A DNA stretch of 63,367 bases, the filler included, from Octopus bimaculoides (lineage: Eukaryota), in NCBI RefSeq assembly GCF_001194135.2. It is 5 parts of 4 records of this genome, joined end to end, with 100 filler letters (N's around TTAATTAATTAA, not from the genome) between each part and the next. Parts side by side here need not be neighbours in the genome. Positions count along the whole stretch, not along the records: positions 39,277 to 52,993 come from NC_068982.1; positions 53,094 to 57,746 come from NC_068981.1; positions 57,847 to 63,367 come from NC_068982.1; 2 more parts are not named here. One strand, written 5' to 3'. A model generated the notes under the pieces. It was not told the origin of the DNA, searched no databases, and saw only the letters and a list, made by a program, of their open reading frames with translations. Shown one piece after another: positions 52,761 through 63,367 of the stretch (position 1 is the first letter of the stretch; the number at the start of each line of letters is the position of its first letter). Position numbers and translations under genes: made by a program.

Positions 52761-53504
52761 AACACTCTTCTGCACATTTCCACTTCACACATGCTCACAC
52801 ACACACACACATAGGCAACATTCGTCAATTTCTTGAAAATGGGGCCAAAACCCCGAAATATTGAATACTAGGTAAGTCTACATTATTTCATATATTTGTT
52901 TTCTTGTGATTTACCTTGCATTTACTTCGCATTATTTTGGCCTTACCCACGATCCTTTATACAATATATTCTACACAATGCTTCATAGTAATCNNNNNNN
53001 NNNNNNNNNNNNNNNNNNNNNNNNNNNNNNNNNNNNNTTAATTAATTAANNNNNNNNNNNNNNNNNNNNNNNNNNNNNNNNNNNNNNNNNNNNGGGGGAT
53101 TGAGAGAGGGGGAAGGTGGGTATGGGGGGAGAAAGAGGGGAAGGTGGGTATGATATATATATATATATATATATATAATAGCGCCAACTGTTACATAGCA
53201 TTTCTTTCATAATATCTTACTTAATCAAGAATTTTTATTTAAGCAAAAGACAGTTAGAAAATTTTAGATTTCATTATATTATATTTTTATATATTTAGTA
53301 TTCTCAGACATATTTTTCACTACGAAACAGCAAAACATTCAAATGTTTATCATAAACAGAATAATTTATATTCGTTACGTTGTTATAAAATAAACACCAT
53401 TCACATGTTGACATGTCATAAGGGAACAATACTTTTATTCTTACCAGGACATCATCGTCCTCATCATCGTCGTCGTTGTCGTCGTGGACGTCGTTGTCAT
53501 CATT

Positions 53505-53538
<34 letters not shown>

Positions 53539-54350
53539 CCATCATCATCAACATTGTAAACAATTATCACATCATAAATACTTTAATATTCCCGCGTTGC
53601 CAGGAAAGAATGAACATACGTTTATGTATGTAAACATCTGCATATGCATGAGCGTAGGGTGTGCCTCTGTATGCGTGTGTGCATGCCTCTGTGTGTGTGT
53701 GTGTGTGCGTGTGTGTGTGTGTGTGTTGTGTTGTGTATATGCGTAATATTTCATGGAAATGCTACCAAAGTCCTATTATTACGGAATTATTACAAGTAAA
53801 TCTATCAAATATACAGTAAAACTATTGATTTCTAATGCACGAACGCAGGCATACACACACACACATAAACACATACAGACACACACAGACATAAATGCTT
53901 AAACACACATATATATACATATATATNNNNNNNNNNNNNNNNNNNNNNNNNNNNNNNNNNNNNNNNNNNNNNNNNNNNNNNNNNNNNNNNNNNNNNNNNN
54001 NNNNNNNNNNNNNNNNNNNNNNNNNNNNNNNNNNNNNNNNNNNNNNNNNNNNNNNNNNNNNNNNNNNNNNNNNNNNNNNNNNNNNNNNNNNNNNNNNNNN
54101 NNNNNNNNNNNNNNNNNNNNNNNNNNNNNNNNNNNNNNNNNNNNNNNNNNNNNNNNNNNNNNNNNNNNNNNNNNNNNNNNNNNNNNNNNNNNNNNNNNNN
54201 NNNNNCATGTATACACACAGACAGACATGACAGAAGTAAATAGCCACACCATAAAACATCGTTTAATATTTATTCTAACTTGTAAAGGTTTATATTTTTT
54301 TAATTAATTGACATTTTTATGTTTCAGATTCTATATGTGACTGTATAATC

Positions 54351-54790
54351 ATGCCATATAAAAAAAGGAGCCTTGGAACTATCTGAATTTCAGAGATGCC
54401 ATACTATACGTCAATCTGAAGGTGGACATAGAGTAAAACCGCAAAAAGTCTCGGGATCCCACTTTCTATTGCGTCACCAGGGTTCTCTGACAGGACCGTT
54501 CTCTTTGTTAAGAGAAGTGTGGAGGATAATCCTCGCTGCAAGGCCTCTGACATAGCAGAACACGTTGATATCAGACCCAGAATAGCTGTCAGATATCTCC
54601 ACAAACTTGGTTACTATGGCAGAGCAGCAAAAAGGAATCCACTTCTTTGACCAGTCAATATCAAGCGGAGAAAAGATTGGGCCAGTGACATGGTGGAGAG
54701 GCCACTAGCATTTTGAGACACTGTCATATTCTCCAATGGTCTAGATTTGCTGTATTTTCTGACAGTGGTCGTGTGTGGGTCTGGAGACTC
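54351..54790 (+). mobile_element. Tc1-like transposase pseudogene fragment
   Basis: TVLFVKRSVEDNPRCKASDIAEHVDISPRIAVRYLHKLGYYGRAAKRNPLL*PVNIKRRKDWA...TVIFS...SRFAVFSDSGRVWVWR. Confidence 0.85.
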
Positions 54791-57171
54791 TGTGATCAAG
54801 AATCTCAATGAGCTACGCAGTGGGACAAAACCGGGAACCACAAAGCCTTGACTGCATCTAATATCATTTTTTTTTTGACAATGGGCCAGCAATGTGAGGG
54901 AAGGGGTAAATCGCTTACATCGACCTCAGTTACTTGACTGGTACTTTACTTTAACAGCCATGGTAAGATGAAAGGCAATGTTGACTTCGGCGGTATTTGA
55001 ACTCAGAACGTAAAGAGTCAAAAGAAATGTCATTAAGCATTTTGTTCGACGCGTTAACGATTCTGCCGTCTCGCCGCTTTTCGCTAATGCCATAATGGTT
55101 TTAAATTTTGGCACAAAGCCAGCAAGTTTATGGAGAAGGAGTAAGTCGGTTACGTCGACCCCAATGCTCAACTTTTATTTTATCAACCCCGAAATGTTGA
55201 AAGGCAAAATCGACCTCAGCAGGATTTGAACCGAGAACGTAAACAACCGGAAGACATGTTCGTTGTTTTAATGATTCTATTAATCTACCATTCTCTACAA
55301 TGTAAATTATTTTCTAATTTTGGCAGCAGGCCTGCAATTTGAGGTGAAGGGATAGTTGATTGCATTGATCCAAATGTTCAGCTGGTATCGATCCTGAAAG
55401 AATGAAAGCATATCGACCTCGGTGGTCTTCGAACTCAGAGCGTAAAGGCCTAGAAGAAACATTTTGTCCGACGCGTTAATGAGCCAACCAATCCACAACT
55501 CTCCTACTCTCCCTCTTTTTCTCCCTCCTTTTCTTTCTCTCCCTTTCTCTCACTCTCTCTCTCTAATGTAATAATGATTATGATTCGAGTAAAATGGCGC
55601 ATTGCCATAAATTATTAGTCAATTGAATCGTCTCCAATAGTGATTTGATAAGGGAGACGGAGAGTAATTTGGTTGGCGCAAATAGATGTATTTACCAACA
55701 AATTTGGTCTTAATTACTGTGGGATTTCTGCAAGGATGCAATTACTCACCGGTTGGGTTCTATTTAAATAAAGTACCGATCGATATGTTAGCTGGAAGAA
55801 CAGATGGGTCCCTTGGAAACCGAAGAGTCAAAAGGATCCATTGCCTGTGCATTGATGTAACAGATCCACTACGCCTAACTGGAAGTTTCTAATGGCATCA
55901 TGGCGTAAATTAGGATATCAAAAATATAAAGCCTTGTCTTTCGAAAACCAAAAAGGAAGACTGCAGTTACTCCCAGAAGAATAAAACGACTCGATACAAA
56001 CAATAATGAGGAAGTCCATTGTTACTTGTTTCTAAGGTGGTGAGCAGACAAAATTCTTAGCAAGCCGGACGAAATATCGCTAAGCATTTTGTCCTTACGT
56101 CACCGAGCTCGACTTTGCCTTTCATCCTTTCGGAATCGATAAAATATGTACCAGTTGAGGATTGGGGCCGGTGTAATCGATTTACCCGCCTTTCCCGAAA
56201 TTGCTGGCCTTGTGCCAAAATTTGAAACCGATATTTGTACTGGGTCTGTACATTCTGATTTCCCGCCATATATATATATTACCGACCCAATTTGTACATG
56301 AATTGCTACCCCATTATCGCTCCACTTTTCTTCAACGCCCACTTGGGGCTTTCCACCACCCCCAGAAGGGCAATACCCCCCATTTTGGAAACCACAGCGT
56401 TAGAGCAACAAAGTGTTATGCTGTGTTTAGTTAAATTTCTTTATTGCCTAAATAACAAATTTGAACGAGCCAAGATTGGAGCCTCTACGTGATTGGTTAA
56501 CCTACTAGAAATAGCAACCAAATTGTTCCATTGACTCGTACCAACTGACTTAAAAGAAGAGACGAGATGGTCGTGATTGGATTTCTTTGATCATAGGTCT
56601 GCTTTTATCCAATTCGTCTACCAATTCTACCATTCCAAGTCTCTCATTCTTTTGAAGTAAATAAATCTTCTACGTGAGCTTTGAAATAAACCCACTCAAA
56701 GACACACACGCAAACGCACAGAAGTACACACACACACACACATTGGCGCACACATATACGCACGTACACATACACACATGGACATATATGTTTATTTGCA
56801 TATACATATAAACGCAAAAAAAGCAATTATGCTGTGTTGTGCTTCTCTTGAAATTACACAGATATTTACAAAAACAGACATACACAAAGACATGCATGCA
56901 CATGCATGCACATGCAACCATACATACATACATACGTACGTACATACGTACGTACATACGTACGTACACATGCGTATATATATGTGTATGTGTGTATGTG
57001 TGTGTGCGTATATATCTATATATGTGCATATATATATATATATANNNNNNNNNNNNNNNNNNNNNNNNNNNNNNNNNNNNNNNNNNNNNNNNNNNNNNNN
57101 NTATATATATGTATATATATATATACATATATGTATCTGTAAATAATATGTGACAATTATTCAGTAGCCTT

Positions 57172-57232
57172 GATAAAACTCCGAGTTTCGGATGCCGGGG
57201 CGGAAACCCACGCCGCCATCTCTTCAGTTATC
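57172..57232 (-). ncRNA. Type I hammerhead-like motif, near-canonical
   Basis: GATAA-CTGAAGA-GATG-GCGG...CCGC..CATC-C-GAAA-CT-CGG-AG-TT-TTATC; all three stems pair. Confidence 0.7.
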
Positions 57233-58321
57233 TGGTCATTGAAAAATGCTATGAAAATGACCGTTAAACAAAGGGAAATTACTGTGTGGTTGACCGTTAT
57301 TAGGACAAAAGTGCTATTAGAATGACTGCTAAGTGTGAGGAGGGAGTAAAAATGTCCATAATATTCGCGTAACCGCACCAGTCCATACATACACATGCGC
57401 ACTCGCACACCCACGTACATGCGCCTATATACATATATACTCATCCACCCTCACTTGAAACACACACATACTCACCCACACATTCGCCAAAAAATATAAT
57501 ATATATATATATACATACCCGCATACACGCTCACTCACACGCACACACACACACACACACACGCACGCAACACGCTCGCACACATACACACGCGCGCAAA
57601 AAGGTTCATACACACGTCTATATACGCACATGCCCAAGAAACAACAGGGCTAAAGGCAAAATACAGAAAAAAGTGTAAAAAGGCCATAAGGGTGAAACAC
57701 GTCTATATGCGCTCATTCTCGCATGCACGCATACACGTCTATATACNNNNNNNNNNNNNNNNNNNNNNNNNNNNNNNNNNNNNNNNNNNNTTAATTAATT
57801 AANNNNNNNNNNNNNNNNNNNNNNNNNNNNNNNNNNNNNNNNNNNNTATATATATATTATATATGCGCGGACCATACCGAACTGACTTCGTGCCTCAACT
57901 TAAATACCTAATTCAATTGAATCTTTGTATATATATATAAAGGTACCATAGGTCAAGGTGTAGGAAGTTAGTGAGTTTCAGAGTTTCAAGCAATCCATAG
58001 AAGATATAAACAATAGCTTTCAGGAACAATAGTGGTTTACTGCCGTAGAAGGTTGTGAAATTTTTCAATATCAAAGCTGTAAAAAGTTAATTTTGTAGTT
58101 CACGGTTAGCAACTGGGGTTGATGTATTTGTGAATAAACATCCCAAAATTTGAGAATGGAGTAGATAAAATCCAAGATACGTATGTTTCATAGCTATCAG
58201 AACCTCGGAAGCAGGAAATTATCCACACGTGGGGCAGACTCCAAATTACTCTTCAAGCCAAGGATGCCTTGATTAAATGAAGTTTACATGGGAGTTAGGA
58301 GAACCTGTGTATAAAAATGTA

Positions 58322-58363
<42 letters not shown>

Positions 58364-58436
58364 ACTATCAGCGGTTCGGCAAGAGAGATTGATAGAATGA
58401 GTACCAGGTTTAAAAATAAAGTACTGGGGTTCATTC

Positions 58437-58467
<31 letters not shown>

Positions 58468-58528
58468 CATGTATGTATGTATGTATGTATGTATGTATGT
58501 ATGTACGTATGTATGTATTTATATATCA

Positions 58529-58663
58529 TATCGCCTGAAGAATGAATCTGTGAAGATGATCTAGCCGATGACCACGGTTATTACAGACTACACTGTAATC
58601 ATCCAAGGAATACAGACTGTGATCTTATGAGATATGTATTTTGTGGAAACGCGCGTAGCGATG
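58529..58663 (+). ncRNA. Type I minimal hammerhead-like motif with 104-nt stem II region
   Basis: ATCGC-CTGAAGA 58530-58541 ... GAAAC-GCGC-GTA-GCGAT 58646-58662; canonical core and palindromic loop III; base of stem II weak. Confidence 0.65.
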
Positions 58664-59639
58664 CATTAAATGCTTATGAATTCCATCCAAGGATAAGTGT
58701 TATTATTAGTATATTACTCTTACATTATATCGGTAGAGCTCAATGCAGTTCCCCAAACTGTTTCACCAAACAGCATCATTAAACTATGGCCAGCATAATG
58801 GAATAGTAGCTTTATTTGCATATTCAAAACGTTTTTCCCGTAAAGATATCTAGGATATATATATATATATATATACGACGGGCTTCTTTCAGTTTCCCTG
58901 TATCAATTCCACTCATCACGCTTTTTCCGGCCCGTGTATATAGTACAAGACGCTTACTCAAGGTACCACGCAGTGGGATTGAACCCAGGACCATGTGGCT
59001 TGGAAGCAAGCTTCATACCACACAGCTACGGCTGTGCGCCCCAGCACGTTTTACTTGTTTCAGTCGTTAGTCTGTGTCCATGCTGGGGCACCGTGTTGAA
59101 GAAATTTTAGTCGAATGTATCTACCCCAGTACTTATTCTTTAGAATATACATTATGTATATGCTTGTGTGTATAAAATTATGAGAATGTCATCTCGTATA
59201 GATATAAAGATCTTTAAACATTAAGGTGAGGTGTGTGTCGAAAACGCTTAGCATTCTCTTTTGTTGAAAGGAATTCAAAGTCCAAAAGTTTCCAGAAGGT
59301 TAGATATGTTTGGTAAGAACTTGAGAGTGAAACAGGAATAGTAAATGAAAAGAAAACAGTGAATTCCAAATGATCTCTGCTGCCCAATTCGCTTAGTTCG
59401 CCATCTCCATCTGAATACAACCTGGTATATGGCTTTATCCAACAGAAACGGTTATACAAATACTGCGGAATTTATACACGAAATGTCAAAATGATAACAA
59501 TGAAATCAAAGTTTCCTTTGGGCAATCATTATTAGATTTCTCACATGTTTACGTAGAAATAAGCATCAAACAGCTGCGGATATAATCTTTTGTTTTTCCA
59601 ACTCTTTTGTGACACACTCTAAAGATAATAACAGTAATG

Positions 59640-59761
<122 letters not shown>

Positions 59762-59769
59762 AATAATAA

Positions 59770-60192
59770 TGATCAGAAGAATGTTGACAGAACATCGAGC
59801 CTTCCACCCTAAGAGTGATACCGTTACACTGTACGTGTCCAGAAGAAAGCGGGAGAATGTTTAATCAGTTGCCAGGGCTGTATCGAAGCAGGGGAAAACA
59901 GCCTAGAGTGGTATATAAAAAATACCGTGGAGCCACTGTTGAAACACACGAAGAAGGCTTCTGTCATCAACACTAAAAATTGTGTAACTAAAGAAAAGTT
60001 CAAACATGAAATGAACAAAAAAAGGAAAAGAAAAAGCATGGAAGGTAAAGAAGATGTACGATCACTTTGCAAGAGATGTGAACGCCAAGACATATACAGA
60101 AGATCGGTGGCTATGGATGAGCAGGAGTGACTCGATGATTGAGACAAAGGCATTCATATGTGCAGCTTACGAAGAAGCGATAAGGACCAACT
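59770..60192 (+). mobile_element. R4/Dong-like LINE fragment (thumb region)
   Basis: AFHPKSDTVTLYVSRRK (cf. LHPKSDVDRLY); WLWMSRSDSMIETKAFICAAYEEAIRTN. Confidence 0.85.
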
Positions 60193-60700
60193 TTCGCCGA
60201 ATGACCCCACTCAAACGCTTCAAAGCGTCGCAGTAGAACTCTCAACAGACGGTCTGTCCCTGGGGATGACTTCTCGATGTACAATACCACATTTCCGGGG
60301 TTGACGCTTGTAGCAGGTCTTCCAGATTGCTCATCGTCTTCCAGGGACATTCTTCCGCCTTTGAAGCGCTTGTGCCACTAGAAACATTGTGTACGACCTA
60401 TTGCCTCATCGCCATAATCTTGTTGAAGCATGTGCAATGTCTCTGTAGCAGACTTCCCAAGTTTAACGCAAAATATCATGTTGGCTCTTTGTTCCTGTCC
60501 ATGTCAAAATCTCAGACTACAACATACTCGTGATCAGACAAAAATACAAATTTTACAACGTGCGAAGTAAACACAGCGATGTCACTCGGCCCACTGCCTC
60601 ATAAAGTTCAGTGCAAGCTCTCACTGCACACGCAATCGTGTGGTGCCATCTGTTGGAGTACTGCATAATTAGTCCAGGAACTTTTTGATACCACTTCGTA
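60193..60700 (-). mobile_element. Mariner-family fragment with 5' TIR and internal deletion
   Basis: TIR TACGAAGTGGTATCAAAAAGTTCCTGGACT ending at 60700; EQRANMIFCVKLGKSATETLHMLQQDYGDEA...WHKRFKGGRMSLEDDEQSGRP joined to a catalytic-domain piece. Confidence 0.85.
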
Positions 60701-61859
60701 TGTCGCAAAAAAAGAAGGAAAAAATTCTAACACTAGTTGCTCATCTTCCACAAAATTTAAGCAAAATTGAATCACTGCTCTGATGTCTCTGACAGCGGAT
60801 CTAATACATACAAATACAGTCTCACATTTAAAAAAGCGAAAACTCAACCACCAGCACGCTACAACCTCACAGATATGTCATTTCTTACCGCTCTAGTTCA
60901 AAGATTTCTGTTCGCTCTTCTGAACAAATAATTGGTGTACCAATTCTTCTGTAGCCCACCTATCATACACATCATATTTCTCTAATCATCTATACAATAG
61001 TTCATCCATGATTTCCAAATCCATGCAATAAAAATTTGCTGAAAATTTCAGCCTCAGAATTAAATCAATCTGGAATGTATATCTTCAAGCAATTTATAAC
61101 TTTATTTATGTATGTGTCATCAGACACAAATTCATGTGGAATATCATTTGCACCAACTTCACTAGTCTGGCGAGCTTATAAAAGTCATAAACGCAACTCG
61201 TTCTCATTCGGTGAATACAAATGTTACATTAACCATTTGGTATCTCTAAATAATAGTAAAAAATTAGTCTCTTCAAGATGTATAATTCGTGGGGGCGATT
61301 ATATAAACGCTCAAATGTGCCTCCTAAATGCTGATATGTGTTAGTCTCCAGACATTTGGCTGAAGCAGGTATAAGTGTATCGTTATTGATGATACTTTTA
61401 TTATTATATATATGTAAATACAAACAAATAACCCTAGGCCAATAGATGTCAGGTTTAACACGACTCTTTTCAAATTATTGACATATAGTAAGATTTGAAC
61501 TTACTATCGAAAAGGACGAATCTGAATTCTGGAAGGCATTTATTCCTAAACTCTATAGTTTCAATGATTGCCGTCCTTCTCATCAACGTGATAATTATTG
61601 TAATCATTATTTTTTAAACAATAACATTTTATTATACATAGTAGTTACACAATGCTTTGCTCCGATAAATAGATATAAACAAGTCGACTACAATTTCTGT
61701 TGTCTATTTTAACAAAAGCATTAATTTGAAAAACAAATAAATAAATGCATCCCAAAATATAGAGGAAAAAATCTATAAAAAACATTTCAGAGAATTGTGG
61801 TTTCGTGAGAAGAACAAAAACGAATAGGAATTATTTAAATATTCATCACAATAAAGACA

Positions 61860-61930
61860 TTTGTGTATGTGTGTGTGTGTATATATATGTGTGTGTGTAT
61901 GTGTGTGTGTATATATATATACATATCTAT

Positions 61931-61961
<31 letters not shown>

Positions 61962-62545
61962 CACATATATATATGTACAAATATATGTATATAAATGTAT
62001 ATATATATATATATGTATGTATACATATGTATATATATATGTATATATACATAGATAAACACAAACACCATATATATACATATATATATATACATATATA
62101 TATATACATACANNNNNNNNNNNNNNNNNNNNNNNNNNNNNNNNNNNNNNNNNNNNNNNNNNNNNNNNNNNNNNNNNNNNNNNNNNNNNNNNNNNNNNNN
62201 NNNNNNNNNNNNNNNNNNNNNNNNNNNNNNNNNNNNNNNNNNNNNNNNNNNNNNNNNNNNNNNNNNNNNNNNNNNNNNNNNNNNNNNNNNNNNNNNNNNN
62301 NNNNNNNNNNNNNNNNNNNNNNNNNNNNNNNNNNNNNNNNNNNNNNNNNNNNNNNNNNNNNNNNNNNNNNNNNNNNNNNNNNNNNNNNNNNNNNNNNNNN
62401 NNNNNNNNNNNNNNNNNNNNNNNNNNNNNNNNNNNNNNNNNNNNNNNNNNNNNNNNNNNNNNNNNNNNNNNNNNNNNNNNNNNNNNNNNNNNNNNNNNNN
62501 NNNNNNNNNNNNNNNNNNNNNNNNNNNNNTATATATATATATATA
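61860..62545. repeat. (TA)n/(TG)n-rich tract with N gap 62113-62529
   Basis: Direct inspection; most N gaps without the linker are bordered by (TA)n on at least one side. Confidence 0.95.
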
Positions 62546-62835
62546 TATATATCGATCTCAATGTAAGTGTTTCTACACATGGTTTTATTCGTATACATAG
62601 AAGGAAAAAAATGGATACAAATTAAATATACAGAAATAAATTTGAATAAGTGTTGCATACAGTTAGTGGGATGTGTTCACAAATAGACAGACGTATAAAA
62701 AGTATAGATACGCGCATATGCATATATGTGTATAATATAAATATTCGCAAGTGTACATGTATGTATGTGTGTATGTATGTATGTGTATGTATGTATATAA
62801 TATCTTTCTATCTATTTACATATACATATCCATAC

Positions 62836-62882
<47 letters not shown>

Positions 62883-63094
62883 CGTGTGTGTGTGCTTCCG
62901 AGTGTGTGGTAGATGTATTTATATATTGTGTGTACAGATAGATGTTTGGCTCCAAATTTATGAGTTAGAGTTCCACATAGGTTATCATTATCCAGTCAGC
63001 TTCCAGTATAGTTAGTGGTTGGCCTACCACTGTACTTAATAGTAGTACTACTTATGGTACACAGAACATATGTAGCTTGGGGAGGGGAGGTAGC

Positions 63095-63147
<53 letters not shown>

Positions 63148-63367
63148 TCAAATTTTGGCACAAGGTCGGCAGATTAAGGAGCGGGGATAAGATGATGACA
63201 TCGACCACAGTGTTCAACTGATACTTATTTTACCGATTCCGAAAGGATGAAAGGCAAAGTAAACTTCGGCGGATTTGAACTCAGAACATAGAAACGGACG
63301 AAATGCCACGAAGCATTTTGCCTGGCGTGCTAACGATTCTCCCAGCTCACCACCTTGATAATAATAA

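Overview
AT-rich, repeat-saturated eukaryotic genomic DNA. The SINE families, microsatellite load and retroelement mix look like an octopus (coleoid cephalopod) scaffold; this is recognition from memory, not a database hit. I find no intact host gene, rRNA, true tRNA gene or CRISPR array. Almost all long ORFs in the supplied track are microsatellite or N-run artefacts. Supported content: at least 5 SINE-like families (many copies, some nested); degenerate Penelope-like elements (two Naiad-type copies with RT or thumb plus GIY-YIG, two other GIY-YIG fragments); LINE fragments (Tx1/L1-like, R4/Dong-like RT and restriction-like endonuclease, RTE 3' ends); three Tc1/mariner transposase fragments; a nested MITE-like element; a possible non-autonomous Helitron; and 15 N-gap regions, four with a 44N-TTAATTAATTAA-44N scaffolding linker. 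The main signal outside the ORF track is about a dozen type I (minimal) hammerhead-ribozyme-like motifs on both strands, most with deviations from consensus. Two sit in a 505-bp-period tandem duplication (8513-9424) that has the architecture of a non-LTR retrozyme or tandem pseudo-LTR able to release a ~505-nt monomer RNA. Another (39059-39104) is very compact and has a non-canonical UC at core positions 3-4. One minus-strand segment (13324-13619) is a weak candidate host coding exon. All alignments and pairings were made by eye; cleavage activity is untested.
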